61,768 nt of DNA from Octopus sinensis (lineage: Eukaryota), in the NCBI RefSeq assembly GCF_006345805.1, contig NW_021832238.1:1-61768 (forward strand). The letters run 5' to 3'. How positions within the stretch are numbered: the stretch's first letter is position 1; each line of letters begins with the position of its first letter. A model generated the notes under the pieces. The model was given only the letters and a program-made list of their open reading frames with translations. It ran no database searches and had not been told where the DNA came from. Shown piece after piece: positions 12,761 through 27,045 of this stretch. Position numbers and translations under genes: made by a program.

Positions 12761-13491
12761 GATTAATTACGGCAGGTAAATACCGTCTGAATGTCAAGTG
12801 TTATCCTTTCTGCTGACCACAACTTCGTAGTCTAGTTGCAGCTGTCGATATCACATTTTATAGCTTTTACAGTGTTCACAGGGTATTGAAGAGAAGCCGA
12901 CTTCAGTGGTATTTGGACTCAGAACGTAGACTGGCGAAATAACGTTAAGCATTTTCACCGAGCGCTGACGATTCTGCCAGCTCATCACGGGAGGCTGATA
13001 ATAATAATGATTTCAAATTTTTACACCAGGCCAACAATCTCAGCGTAGTGGTGGGCGTAAATAGATTACAACGACCCCAGTGCTTAACAGTTACCTATTC
13101 TATCGGTGTGATGTGATTTGTGAGTAATTTATCTGTTATTTTGATAGCCAGCACGAACCATAGTAATACAGGTAACTCCTTTCCAATATTCAAATGGTTT
13201 CCCGTCAACGGGCTTTTTCTGAACTGTGAATTTATGGTTTATGCTCTCTAACGCCACGGGCTGTTCGCCAATATATCAAGTTGTTCCCGAAATAATGGCG
13301 ACAAAAGTTATTAAACTTAGCCCAAAACGCCCTGTATGTATACATTGACAGAGACCCACACACACATATACAACCTCACACATACATACATACATACATA
13401 CATACATACATACATACATACATACATACGTACATACATCCCCGCACATGCATCCATACATACATACGTCCCCGCACACTCACACACAAAT

Positions 13492-13670
13492 ATATGAGAG
13501 GGTTACAAAAATGTTGCTGGCTTGAAGGGCATCGCTAAAGACCTGGCTTGAGGCCCGATCTTTCGAGTTCTTTCGCAGGGCTTAAAAAAACAGCAAGGAC
13601 CGCTGCAATAAGTGTGTGACTCTGAGAGGGTGGCGGGGGAATATGTTGAACACAATTATAAACTGATCCT
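13492..13670 (+). mobile_element. Short non-autonomous mariner derivative
   Basis: TIR-like start (TATGAGAGGGTTACAAAAATGTTGCTGGCTT) and a retained C-terminal motif [17 protein letters not shown]. Confidence 0.55.
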
Positions 13671-13718
13671 CCAGGATTTACATTTGCACGAAGCGTGCAT
13701 ATATATATATGTATATAC

Positions 13719-13793
<75 letters not shown>

Positions 13794-13864
13794 TATATAT
13801 ATGTATATGTATGTATACATATATGTATATATGTGTATTTATATATGTGTCAATATATATATAC

Positions 13865-13932
<68 letters not shown>

Positions 13933-13952
13933 GCATACATATATATATATAT

Positions 13953-13983
<31 letters not shown>

Positions 13984-14143
13984 TGCACACATATAGAGAT
14001 TACCCTAGCTCGTTTGCCAGAAGACAGTTGAATTCTGTAGACATCACCAGTTTTTTCGCTGATTTAAATAAGAGTTTAGCTGTTATTTCCAGTAGGTAGA
14101 CATATCTAGTATGTCCTTTGATTTTGACCTATATATATATACA

Positions 14144-14187
<44 letters not shown>

Positions 14188-14243
14188 TATATAAACACAC
14201 ATACATACACACACACACATACACATACATATACACACCCACT

Positions 14244-14286
<43 letters not shown>

Positions 14287-14519
14287 TTATACATATACAC
14301 ATACATACATACATATATACGGGTCCCCATTCTTTATATACAGAAAGAAACGTCATATGTATATCATTGCATAAACATTATCACCTATAAATCATTGCGT
14401 ACACCAGAAGATGAACCGATGCACGGTATGCGCTTCTACGTAATAAAGGTGGCCGTCTCGTGTGTGTGTGTATGTGTCTGTGTGTGTGTGTGTGTGTGTG
14501 CGTGTGTGTGTGTGTGTGT

Positions 14520-15200
14520 GTAGTGATGCGGTGGTGGTGGTGTTGTAGGTGCAGAGAAGCAACAGAGCAGAATGGATCGTGATGCTACTGGACCACGGGT
14601 GTGGCGGATTAGGTGATCGGGTGGAATTGAAATATATATGACGTTGTTGTTGGTGAGGGTAATGGGGGACGCTGTTGCTGAAGCGGCGGAAGCAGTGGCG
14701 GCGGAGGCGGTGGCGGTGGTGGAGTTGACAGTAATGGTGATGGTGACAGAGCTGACGAGTTGTGGCGATGGTGACAGAGCTGACGAGGATAATCTGTCTC
14801 TTAGTGGTCGTGGTGGTAGTTACGATGGTGGAGGTGGTGTTGGTGGTGCTGGTGGCAATTGTCGTGTTGGAAGTGGTAGTAGTAATGGTGGTGTTTGTGG
14901 TAAGAATGGTTGTAGTAAAGGTAGTAGTGGTATTGGTAGTCGTGGAAGTGTTAGTAGTAATGGTGGTGTTGGTGGTAGTAGTGATTATTGTGCTAGCTGT
15001 GGTAGCGATGGCAGTGATAGTAGAGTAGTAGGGGAAATAGCGATGGCAGTAGTCGTGTTGGTCGTGGTGGTGGAATTGGCAATCATGGCAGTTGAGATAG
15101 TAATGGTTGTAGTAGCAGTGGTCCTATTTGGTGGCGAGGATATTGTTATTTGTGGTGGTGGTGGTGGTAGTTGCAGCTGTGATAACTGTGATAGCGAAAG
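14520..15200. repeat. Degenerate (GGT/GTA)-rich low-complexity block
   Basis: Decayed trinucleotide repeat. The Gly/Val-rich ORFs have no domain character. Confidence 0.8.
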
Positions 15201-15765
15201 CGTTAGAGCGTATGGTAGCGTTGTGAGACATGTTTCATGAAAATACAATAGGCCGGGAAAATATGGTCTCGCGGATGGTGTAGCGATAGGTGGAGGATGA
15301 TCTCGGAACGGGATGATTCGTGATTGGTGCATTGATGATGATGGCAGCGGCAAGGGGGTTGGTTGAAGATTTTTCGGGTCTAGAGACGAGATATTTGAAA
15401 GCAATTTTTCAACTTGACTATCATTTATAATTTCTGACAGAGCAATTACTTTTAATGAACAATCTTTTGTTATTAGACGAAAATAATATTGCTAAGACGG
15501 TTATTGCATTGTGTGTAGGGAGAAACAAATTAATAAATAAATAAATAAATAAATAAATGAATAAATATATGAATAAAATAATAAAGAAATACATAAACTA
15601 TAAAACGACACACTTTATTATAATAATGCACAACGTCGTCGGAACTGGCATCTAGAACGAAGTAACAACGACACCAACAAATATTTATAACGAAATAACA
15701 ATAGCAACAATAACAACAACAACAATAATAATAATAGTAGTAGTAATAATAATAATATGATAATG

Positions 15766-15798
<33 letters not shown>

Positions 15799-15848
15799 TG
15801 AATATAACTTTGTATACATCTTATACGTATGTTTGTGAACATTATATA

Positions 15849-15896
<48 letters not shown>

Positions 15897-16048
15897 ATTT
15901 ATATATGTATATATATATATATATATTGTATAATATATGTATATATATAGATATATATACATCGTAAATATATAGCTATGTATGTATATATATATATATG
16001 TATATATAGACATACATATATAGTTGCATATGTATGTATGCATGTATC

Positions 16049-16111
<63 letters not shown>

Positions 16112-16539
16112 TGTTTGTGTGTGTGTGTGTGCTTGTGCGTGCCTGTATAAATCCCTACACAAATGATAGTATAATGGTGAGACTACTCTTTGCTAGTATT
16201 CTGAGTCTGGCACGAACATGGGACGATAGATTTAATGCGACCACCATTACAGAAATACTCTATTTTTCTCTTTTGAGATATATTTATTTTGGTTGGAAAC
16301 ACACAAAATACATATACCTATACATAAACATGCACATATACTAAAATCTTAAAGATCATACATCTACACACACAGACACTTAAACTTCTGGTAAGAAATT
16401 AAGAAGCGAGAAAAGCAACGACAAAAACACCAGCCAAAAACGATAACTATTGTAGAAAACAAAGCTTTAAAAATATTAGGAAAAATAATGAAAAATAAAA
16501 TAGTTAAAATAAAGCGAAAAACTTCATAAGACGAAAAGA

Positions 16540-16585
<46 letters not shown>

Positions 16586-16703
16586 TGCATGTAGGGAATT
16601 GGAAAACAACGGAAAGTTACTCACTGTGGGACAGCAGAATGATACGTAGGACAAGGAGAATGTGGTAGGGGTACTTTGAGAAGTAGAGAAGGGAATGAAA
16701 AAC

Positions 16704-16755
<52 letters not shown>

Positions 16756-16789
16756 GCAATAATAATAATAATAATAATGATAATGATGG

Positions 16790-16825
<36 letters not shown>

Positions 16826-16909
16826 GGCGGAGAAGAAGGAAGTGGATGCAGGTGATGATAATGATGATGATGATGATGATGATGATAATGGTAATGTTTG
16901 TTGTTGTTG

Positions 16910-16950
<41 letters not shown>

Positions 16951-16966
16951 ATTATTATTATTATTA

Positions 16967-17020
<54 letters not shown>

Positions 17021-17340
17021 TATTATTATTATTGTTATTATTATTATTATTATTAATAATATTATTTGCCAAAGGGGCACACAATGGAAAAGAGAATTTT
17101 GAAGACAAAGAATAAAAATAAAAGAAGGAAAATAAGAAGGAATTAAATAAGAAAAAAGACGAGAACAGGAAGAAGAAGAAGAAGAAGAAGAAGAAGAAGA
17201 AGAAGAAGAAGAAGAAAAACAAGAAGAAGAATGAGAAGAAGAAGAAGAAGAAGAAGAAGGAGACGACGACGACGAAGAAGAAGAAGAAGAAGAAGAAGAA
17301 GAAGAAGAAGAGAAGAAGAAGAAGAAGAAGAAGAAAAGGA
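16540..17340. repeat. Compound (TAG), (AAT), (GAT), (ATT), (GAA) microsatellite block
   Basis: Directly visible. Confidence 0.95.
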
Positions 17341-17710
17341 GGGGAATACCAAAAACTTTAAAAAATTAAAAACGAAGAATATGAGAAGCAAAATAACAAC
17401 AGCAATCAATAATATTTTAATTGCTTATCGTGGTTAATTGCGGAACGAAATAATAAATGAGAAGAAAGAAACAAATTACAATTCGAATGCGATAAAGAAT
17501 GAAATGTGAGAAGATAGAAAGACAGATAGACCGTAAGATGAAAAAAAAAGACGAATTTATTGTCTTCTTGACTTCAGTCATTAGATTTGGGCCACGCTGG
17601 AGCAGCGATATCAAGGGCTTAATCCTTAAATTGAACCCTGTCGTTATTCTGATCTATCGAATTGCTAGAAACTTCGCATATTAAGTTGCAACTAAAAAAT
17701 AATATCGGTT

Positions 17711-18070
17711 CTTATACTTAGCGATGCAGGGGTATTTTTTCAGTCGTGTTTGTTGTTTGTCCGTGTGCAAGATATCTCAAGAACCACTGGATGGATTCGA
17801 ATGAAACTTTCAAGGATGTTTGACCTCCCGACTTTCACAAACTGATTAGATTTTGGGATTGATTCGGTAGCGGACAAGGATTCTGGATTATTTTTCATGA
17901 TCTTTTACCTAATCTTTGAGAGCGGTCGGGTTCACTTTTAGTATTCTTATTTGTGACAGCAGTCGAGTTTATCTCAGATATTCTCATTTTAAAAATCATC
18001 TCTGGCTAATAGTTGAGAGGAGGGTGGTGCTGCCTTGGCGGAGGTTTGTGCTCTCCGAGTTCTCTTGTTT
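17711..18070 (+). mobile_element. Non-autonomous Helentron/HINE-like element
   Basis: 5' part GTTTGTTGTTTGTCCGTG...AGATATCTCAAGAACCACTGGATGGATTCGAATGAAACTT and 3' end CCTTGGCGGAGGTTTGTGCTCTCCGAGT...TT (subterminal repeat plus short hairpin). This is the layout recalled for Helentron-associated elements. Confidence 0.6.
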
Positions 18071-18203
18071 GTTACTAAAATTGTTTTTAATTGATGCACC
18101 ATGCTTAAATTTTTATGTGAAATACAGGACCGAATTTAGTCAGGTAAAATCCCTAAGCACTTAAAAGATTTATGTAATTCAAAATATAAACAACAATAAA
18201 CAA

Positions 18204-18596
18204 TCTCTCTCTATATAAAGTTGAAGTTGTCTGTGTATGGCAGGTTTGGTAGCCTTCAACTAACACTATCTCCTCCGAGACCCTGCGGCGCAACTTGACC
18301 AACATTGAGAGTATGATAGAAGAAGATTTACTCTTCCTTCCGTAGCAGAAAAAATTCAAATCGGACCATGTTAACACCAAAAGTAATTTACATTAAAACG
18401 GTGCTTTCTTTCTATGAAGATCCCTATTTTTTTACAACTTTTTGACTGCTGTGTCGCCATTTTTCAGTGTATTTCAACCAGAAAAATGTTCACTTAAAGA
18501 GAATAACAAGCTACATAATGCAAAATTTTTACTTTTCAAAAATTCCAATTCTAAAGAGCTGAAACAAACCCGAGCAATGCCGGCCGATACTGCTAA
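18204..18596 (+). mobile_element. Non-autonomous Helitron
   Basis: 5' TC terminus (A|TCTCTCTCTATATAAAG), subterminal GC-rich hairpin remnant CCCGAGCAATGCCGGCC, 3' CTAA (CTRR). Inserted between A and T with no TSD. Confidence 0.75.
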
Positions 18597-19219
18597 TTAT
18601 ATATATTTTCATTTCTCAAAATGAACCGAAATTAACATTAACATGGAAAATAATGCTTATTTTTGCATACTTCTACTTTATATTTGAAAAGTTTTCTCCT
18701 ACTTTTTTAAATCACAAAATTTTTGATCAGATACTCACTATAACAACCTGAACACTTAAAAAAATTATATTTCCGATCATATAAACCACTTCTAGTATTA
18801 TTTTAGCAAGTTTAAATTGATATCTTTTGTGGCGTAAACCATTTACCATTTCTGTGGTGCTCTCCCCTTCCTTTGATGCTCTAATTACGTGCTTAGCACA
18901 GGTGGAAAAGGTACGCTGAATACCTCGAGCGCAGTACTTGATTGGTACTTTATTTCATCGACCCCGAATGGGTGACAGAAGACAAAATCGAATGGATTTA
19001 TATTCACTCTTTTGTTCACACTGCCCAGCATCTCAAAGACAAATTAACACCACTAACAACCACATTACAGTACAGTTACTTCTGCCTTTATCACTCTCTG
19101 AAGAACGGAATACGGAAAATGATCTCAACGAACTCTTGTAGATCTTTACAACGAATGAAGATTTACTGAGGCTGATCATGAACTGATATCTTTGGTTACG
19201 GACAATAATTTTATGACGG

Positions 19220-19670
19220 TTTTGAATTTTGGCCGAAGAGCAACAATTTCGTGGGAAATGGGTAAGTCAATTACATTGACTTCTGTACTCCACTGATACT
19301 TATTTTAACGGCTCCGAAAATAGATGAAATGACAAAGATCGAACTCGAGCGGAATTAGAACTCAGAACGTAAGGACGGACGAAATACCGCAAAGCACTTT
19401 GGTCCGGCGAGTTAACGATTCTGCCCACTCGCTGCTTTAGAGGCGCAAAGTCATATTGGTATCAAATTTTGGCACAAGGCCAGCAGTTTCCGGGGAGGGT
19501 GTAAATCGATTGTACCGATCAACTGGTAATTATTTTATCGACCCCCGAGGGGATGAAGGGCCAAGTCGACCTCGGGCGGAATTCGAACTGAGAACGTAAA
19601 GAAGGACGAAATACGAAATGCCGCTAAGCATTTTGCCCGAGTGCTCAATATCTACCAGCTCACCGTTCCA
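19220..19670 (-). mobile_element. Two adjacent SINE family B copies
   Basis: Reverse complement of the family B core TTCTGAGTTCAAATTCCGCCGAGGTCGACTTTGCCTTTCATCC...GGGGTCGATAAA, seen twice. Confidence 0.75.
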
Positions 19671-20565
19671 GAGTTGTAAAGACATAACAAAAGACGATAG
19701 ACAGAATTATTCTCAAATATTACAGCAGCAGGTTCGTTTATATAGGCTAGCCGCTTATCTGTTAATTATTGTTAAATCCCTAAGATAATGATTAAAGCTT
19801 TTGGGGGGAAGATGAAGGTTTGTATAAGACAGTTCATTTCACATATGGCTGCTAATGGGAATAGGAAAAGACACAAAATTTACAACATCTGATTCACTTA
19901 TCCCATAATATTTTCTCCTCGTCTGTTTCACTACAGAATAAATATGTTTATTTCTTGCATCTCGACACGTTGCGGTTGAGAAGTGGCTAATAAATAGATT
20001 CTCAGGCTTTTCTTAAGGAGATTAAAAGCACCGTAAACATAAAAGACAGACGATTTGCTTTCGATTGAGAGACAGGGAGAGAGAGAGAGAGGGGGAGACA
20101 GAGAGAGAGAGAGAGAGAGTGTGTGTGTGTGTGTGTGTGAATGTAGCTGGAGAGAAGAATAATTTTATTACATAATCATGAATAAACTACATTTCTCTGT
20201 TTGTCTGACTATATGTGCGTGTGTGCACTTGCATGTGTATGTGAGTGTGTGCGTGAGCAGAGAGAAAGAGAGAGAGGGAAAAGAGAGAGGAAGAGAGAGA
20301 GAGAGAGAAAAGAGAGAGAAAGATAGAGATTTCATGCATGATATGTGTATGTATATGTACATATAACTACACATATACAAAAACCCACACGTGCACATAA
20401 ATTTGCATCTCTTTGTCTCTCTCTTTCCCTCTCTCTCTTTAAGTTTATATGTATATATATATGTGTATGCGTGTGTGCATGTGTGTCTCTGTGTGTACAT
20501 ATATGCGAATATATTTACATATGTATTATATTTAAACATACATATACATATTTATACACACACAA

Positions 20566-20601
<36 letters not shown>

Positions 20602-20649
20602 CTTGCAATAATAATAGTACAAGACATTTTCCCAAACTCTAAATTTTAT

Positions 20650-20732
<83 letters not shown>

Positions 20733-20782
20733 TGTATGTATGTATGTAGTATGTATGTATATATGTGTGTGTATGTATATAT

Positions 20783-21582
20783 AGGCGCAGGCGTGGCTGT
20801 GTGGTACGAAGCTTGCTTCCCAACAGTGTGGTTCCGGGTTCAGTCCCACCGTGTAACACCTAAGGCACATTGTGCAAATGTCTTCTGCTATAATCTCCAG
20901 TCGAACAAAGCCTTGTGAGTGGATTTAGTAGACGGAAACCGAAAGAAGTTCATTGTATACCCCCCCCACACACACACAGATACACATATACATATATATA
21001 TTAGAAAGTAAAATCAGGAAAAATTACCTCATAAAAATCACAATATTTAAAATTTTTTAAGAATCATAATTATACTTTATATATGTATTTATTAACCCAA
21101 TACTATTTATATTATGGACATATCTCTATTATGATTTTAATAATGTAATTTTTCCTTGCCTTTACTCTCTAATATATAATCGCTGTAATTGAATCTCTAA
21201 ATACTTCTTAAGGTTTCAGACATTTCTCATAATAAAAGCACTTATCTGAAACCTTGTACAGCTTATTTTCAAAAGATATATATATATATATAATGAATTT
21301 AGTTCTATATCACCTGTGATTTCGCACTTACCGCATAAAAAATGCGTCTATGCTCATCGGTAGAACTGATTCTGAACACATCATAATATATATATATATG
21401 TATTTTTACGTTTGAGTCAGTGTTTGTCCCCCACCTCAACCGATGTTGGTGAATTTACATCCCCGTAATGTAGCGGTTCGCCAGAAGCGACCTACAGAAT
21501 AAGTACCAGGCTTACAAAGAATAGGTCCAGGTGTCGATTTCTTCGACTAAAAAGCGGTCCTCCAGTATGACCACAGTCAAAT
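20783..21582 (+). mobile_element. SINE family A split by insertions in its internal microsatellite (head 20783-20960, tail ~21420-21582)
   Basis: Head and tail are collinear with intact copies. The intervening AT-rich DNA contains inverted arms and a hammerhead motif. Confidence 0.75.
21301..21367 (-). ncRNA. Complete type I hammerhead ribozyme motif (U4C core)
   Basis: Minus strand: AGUUCUA CCGAUGA GCAU AGA CGCAU UUUUU AUGCG GUAA GUGC GAAA UCAC AG GUGA UA UAGAACU. Perfect 7-bp stem I, two-part stem II, AUCAC/GUGAU stem III, AUA triplet. Confidence 0.8.
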
Positions 21583-21840
21583 ATGTGTTTGCGTGTGTGT
21601 ATATATATATATACACTTACATATGTACATACATACACATACGCATACACACATACATGCATACAATCACACCTACACATAGATAAAAGAGTGCGACTAG
21701 TGAGATTATATGTATATATATGTGTGTATGCTTATTTGTGTATGAATGTATCTGTGTGTTTCTATGCATGCTGTGTGTATCTGTGTGTGTTTTTGTGTGA
21801 GTTTGTGGGCGTATTTATGACTGGCTAATTAAATGTATAT

Positions 21841-22005
21841 AGGCGCAGGAGTGGCTGTGTGGTATTTGGCTTGCTTACCAATCACATGGTTCAGTCCCAC
21901 TGCATGGCACCTTGGGCAAATGTCTTATAATATAGCCTCAGACCAACCAAAGCCTTGTGAGTGGATTTGATAAACGGAAGCTAAAAGAAGCCCGTCGTAT
22001 ATATG

Positions 22006-22067
<62 letters not shown>

Positions 22068-22310
22068 CTGTGTGTGTGTGTGTGGGGGGTGTATGTATGT
22101 ATGTATATTTTTGCGTGGCTGTGTTTGTCCTACACTATCGCTTGACAAGTGAGGTTGGTGTGTTGCTGTCGCTGTGCACTTGCGGTTCAGCAAAAGAGAC
22201 CGATAGAATAATTACTAGGCTTACAAAGAATAAGTCCTAGGGTCGATTTGCTCGACTAAAGGTGGTGCTCCAGCATGGCTGCAGTCAAATGACTGAAATA
22301 AATACAAAAA
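21841..22310 (+). mobile_element. SINE family A, full length
   Basis: Runs from AGGCGCAGGAGTGGCTGTGTGG through GGTGCTCCAGCATGGCTGCAGTCAAATGACTGAAA. Confidence 0.85.
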
Positions 22311-22367
22311 ATAATAGAATGCAAGAATATAACTGCAATATATGTGTGCATATATCTGCACATGTGA

Positions 22368-23089
22368 AAGGGCATGGCTGAATGGATAGGGTGTTCGGCC
22401 CACGATAGTAAGGTCATGATTGCGAATCCTGGCAGCGTATTTTGCAAGGTATCTATATTTCATGAGCAAATCCAGTCAGTGGCAAAAAAGAAGTAGTACT
22501 TGTATCTCAAAAGGACAGCCTGGTCACATTCTGTGTCACGCTGAATCTCCCTGAGAACAACGTAAATGTTACACGTCTGTGGAGTACTCAGCCATTGGCG
22601 CGGTAATATCAAGAGCAGGCTAAGGTGGCAAAAACGTTGGTACGCCGGGCGAAATACTTAGCGGTATTTCGTTTGTCTTTACGTTCTGAGTTCAAATTCC
22701 GCCGCGGTCGACGGAATTTGCCTTTCATCCTTTCGGGGTCGATAAATCAAGTACCAGTTGCGTACTGGTGTCGATCTAATTGACTGGCCCCCTCCTCCAA
22801 AATTTCGGACTTTGTAGCTAGAGTAGAAAAGAATATTAAGGCGGTGAGTTAGCAGAAACGTTAGCACGCCGGGCGAAAGGCTTAGCGTTATTTCGTCTGT
22901 CTGTATCTTCTGAGTTCAAATTCCGCGGGGGTCGACGTTACCTTTCATCTTTACGGAGATCGATCTAATCGACTGGCACCCTCCAAAATGTCGGGCATAG
23001 TATCCAGAGTAGAACAATATCAAGAGCAGGCTGTTCCGCTGATCTGATCAACTGGAATCATCGTCGTCGTAGCCGAATGAGTGCCAGTT
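22368..23089 (+). mobile_element. SINE family C interrupted by a family B dimer
   Basis: The family C head and body (22368-22621) resume at 23016 (…GAGCAGGCTGTTCCGCTGATC…GTGCCAGTT). Confidence 0.8.
22622..23015 (+). mobile_element. SINE family B head-to-tail dimer with 17-bp target-site duplication
   Basis: Two family B units are flanked by AATATCAAGAGCAGGCT at 22605-22621 and 23016-23032. Confidence 0.85.
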
Positions 23090-23431
23090 ATACGTGTGCA
23101 GTAACATACTCGAATACATTCCTGCCTGGATCGGAGTGTATCTAATGTGCTAGTGCATATTTCATGTCATCAAATACCGTATGTATATACACATACATGC
23201 ATACATACATTCATACATACATACATACATACTTACATACATACATTCATACATACATACATACATACATACATACATACATACATACATACATACATAC
23301 TTACATACATACATTCATACATACATACATACATACATACGTACATACATACATGCATATATATGAAAAAATATGTATACAAGGATGAATAAATAAATAT
23401 ATATGTGTGTGTGTATATGTATACACATATA

Positions 23432-23470
<39 letters not shown>

Positions 23471-24497
23471 CTCTGTGTATATCCACATGTATGTGTGTGG
23501 ATCTATAAACATGCATATATATATTTACATATGTATATATCCGTTTTCATATACACACATTTATGTGTGTGCGTGTGTGTATGGATGTCTGTGTCTGTGT
23601 TTCTGTGTATTTCGATATGTAATTATATATATATATATATATATACATATGTATGCATATACAGTATACACACATGGGCGCGCATACATACACACAGAGA
23701 CGCACACACACTAATACTCACACATAAAGGAACACACGCAATTATATAGACACACACACATCCCATAAACCCGCCGCCAACCGCTACCACCAGCGCAACC
23801 GAATAATGGCCGTCTGCCTGCGCACGAAGTCCCGGCGATCAGTCCAGCGCTTAGCTGCATAGATTTCAATATTTACTTGCAGAAACCTATGAATAATTTT
23901 GCTGTGTGTACAACTGACGTCAATAAGTTGGGCGTATAATTACATGCGATCAGCTACAATTATATATCTGATATCGATAACGAACTATCGTCTAAATTGG
24001 CTTTCCCAAATGGTTTTTTTTTTCCGATCGCGTTCAATAATAATCCTCGGGACTCTGTCCCGCAAATTAAACAGTTCTTTATTTTATCCACCTAATATTT
24101 ATGAATGAATGAACGTATGAGATGTCCCGTAACGTGTGCGTCTATATGCATATTATATATATACATGTATATATATGTGTGTGCATATATATGTATATGT
24201 ACATGTGTGTCTAAATGCATATATAATATATACATACATACATAATTACATATACACACACAAACACACAGATATTATTTTTATCATCATTATTATTATT
24301 TATATACAATTATGTGTATATACGGATTTATGTATCTATAATTTATATTCCACATGAACATATATATACATATCTATATACACTCATACATCCACATATA
24401 AGTATATATGTATAGAGACAAACTTAATTATGTATGTATAAATACGTGCGTATATACATATATGTGTGTGTGTGAGTGTGAGTGCGTGTGTTTGTGA

Positions 24498-24536
<39 letters not shown>

Positions 24537-24800
24537 TATATGTTTATCTGGCTGTTGTGTGTGCAAATATGCTGTTATGCATATATGCGTTGAATTACAT
24601 ACACTCACTCACGTATATATACATATATACATAAATGTATACGATAAATTCGTCAGTGGAAAATGAATACAAATAAACTTCTATGTCGATATTTGTGCAT
24701 ATAGCTATATGTATGATATGAACGCATGCATTTATATGTATCATTATATGAAATTATGCATATACTTACACATATTATGTATTCACACTCCACATATATG

Positions 24801-24853
<53 letters not shown>

Positions 24854-24872
24854 ATATGTATATGTGTATATA

Positions 24873-24903
<31 letters not shown>

Positions 24904-25297
24904 TTATAATATATGTGTGGTGTGTATGTGTGTGTGTGGTGTGTGTGTGTGTGGTATTTATATACATACACATACACGCACACTATGTCACACTCACGCA
25001 CATGCGCACGACTCTTCCGTTTTATTCGTTATTCATGTTACAGCCAATATTTTGTATATGATTTCGTTTATTTAATTAGATTCTTTCCTTCATTATTCGG
25101 TTTTTCTGCCGTTTCTTCGTCTCTCTCTGGACGTTTATTTACATATTTTGTTGCTTTATGTTATTTTTAACGGGGGATTCTTCAGTTGCCATAGATATTC
25201 ATTACAAATTGTCATTACTCTAACCAAAAATGAAACGCATTTATATGTACATGCATACATACATATATACATACATACACATGCATGCTTACGCCTG

Positions 25298-25338
<41 letters not shown>

Positions 25339-25352
25339 TTGTATGTATGTAT

Positions 25353-25511
25353 AGGTGCAGCGTAGTTATGTGGTAAGAAGGTTGCTTCCTACGACAGGGT
25401 TCAGGATTCGGTCCCGTTGTGTGGCTCCTTGTGCAAGTGTTCTCTGCTATAGCCTCATGCCCACCAAAGCCTTGTGTGTGGATTCGGTACACGGAAAATG
25501 GAAAAGTCCCG

Positions 25512-25551
<40 letters not shown>

Positions 25552-25815
25552 TACACTACGAGTTTTTGTGCATATGTGTGTGTGTGGGCATACTTGTGTG
25601 TGTATGTGTCTGTTTGTCCGTCCACCATCGTTTGACAGCCGATGTTGCTATGTTTAAGTTCGCGTAATCTAGCAGTTCGGCCAAAGAATCCGATAGAATA
25701 AGTACTATGCATAGAAGACTAAATCCTAGGGTCGATTTGTTCGTCTAAAGGTTGTGCTCTAGCATGGCCGCAGTCAGATGACTGAAACAAATAAAAGAAT
25801 GAAAATATAAAAGAA
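25353..25815 (+). mobile_element. SINE family A, diverged full length
   Basis: Head, body and tail motifs as in the 21841 copy, with more substitutions. Confidence 0.75.
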
Positions 25816-25925
25816 TATATACATACACATACACGCACACACACACACACATATTTATATATGTATGACTACTTCCGTAGCATACCTGCGCGCACGCACA
25901 CACACACACACAAACATAACATATA

Positions 25926-25993
25926 CAGTCATCCCACGCCATATCGCGGTTCACCTATCGCGGTTCACCCATCGCGGTTCACCTATCGCGGTT
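25926..25993 (+). mobile_element. pogo/Tigger-like terminal sequence with a 14-bp subterminal tandem repeat
   Basis: TA-CAGTCATCCCACGCCA followed by ~3.7 copies of TATCGCGGTTCACC. No matching right end was found. Confidence 0.5.
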
Positions 25994-26631
25994 TATTATT
26001 TAATCTTACATCGATTCCTCCGTGGTGTTGTTTTGAATTTATAATAAAATGAATAAATACAAATCATAAAAAATAAAATAAAATATATACAGCACTGTTT
26101 CTATTTCGCGGATTTTCATCCATCACTGGAGGGGTGGGACGTAACACCCGAGAAAGTAGCGGGATTACTGTATGTATATATATATACGTTATATACGTGT
26201 GTGTTGAAGATTTGTACTGCGCGTAGAGTATTCGAACGGAATCTTCGTACAAAATGGCCCTAAAACTTCACTAAGTTTCCTGTTGCAGGATCTCCTGATG
26301 CTAATGACTTATATAATTGATATATACGAATAAGAATCGGGTTTAGCCATTTATAATCCTTGAACGCTCGTCAAGGATTGCATTCATTTCAGACTTAATA
26401 CACAGTTACTATGGTTTTAACACCATTCCTGTAAATGTGGAATTTTTTGTTGAGATTATTTCAGGCCTGTATACATACATACATATACACATACATACAT
26501 ACATACATACATACATACCTACATACATACATACATACATACATACACACACATATACATACATACATACATACATACATACATTCATACATACATACAT
26601 ACATACATACATACATACATACATACATGCA

Positions 26632-26665
<34 letters not shown>

Positions 26666-26948
26666 CATTAATACATACATACGTATATACATACGTACAA
26701 CTGTAAAAATCTGTAAAACTTTCTACAAGTTCACCATTTAAGTATATATGAGCATGTCTAGATATGCAACTATATGCATGACTATACATACATACGTAAA
26801 ACAAAGCAAACAAATCAGCACGTATACATATATACATTCATACATACATACAAATATACCCTGTTTTTGATGTTGAAATTCCAATGAAGGATCCTTGGAT
26901 CTACGTGAGAAACTGGCACTTTCTCTATCTTGAAATATATTTGAATAA

Positions 26949-26991
<43 letters not shown>

Positions 26992-27045
26992 ACATACATA
27001 CATACATACATATATTACTTACATACATACATACATAAAAGGATA

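Noticed and set aside
14638-15240. 200-aa Gly/Val/Ser-rich ORF resembling a structural protein
   Set aside because: It overlies a decayed (GGT)n tract that is open in several frames on both strands. No signal peptide or family motif is evident.
16610-16670. Splice-site-like CCCACAGTGAGT on the minus strand, and acceptor-like tracts near 15420-15440 and 19905-19936
   Set aside because: These are isolated signals with no paired site or coding frame, so no exon can be supported.
25942-25993. Short direct repeats as a CRISPR-like array
   Set aside because: They are contiguous 14-bp units without spacers in eukaryotic DNA, better explained as a transposon subterminal repeat.
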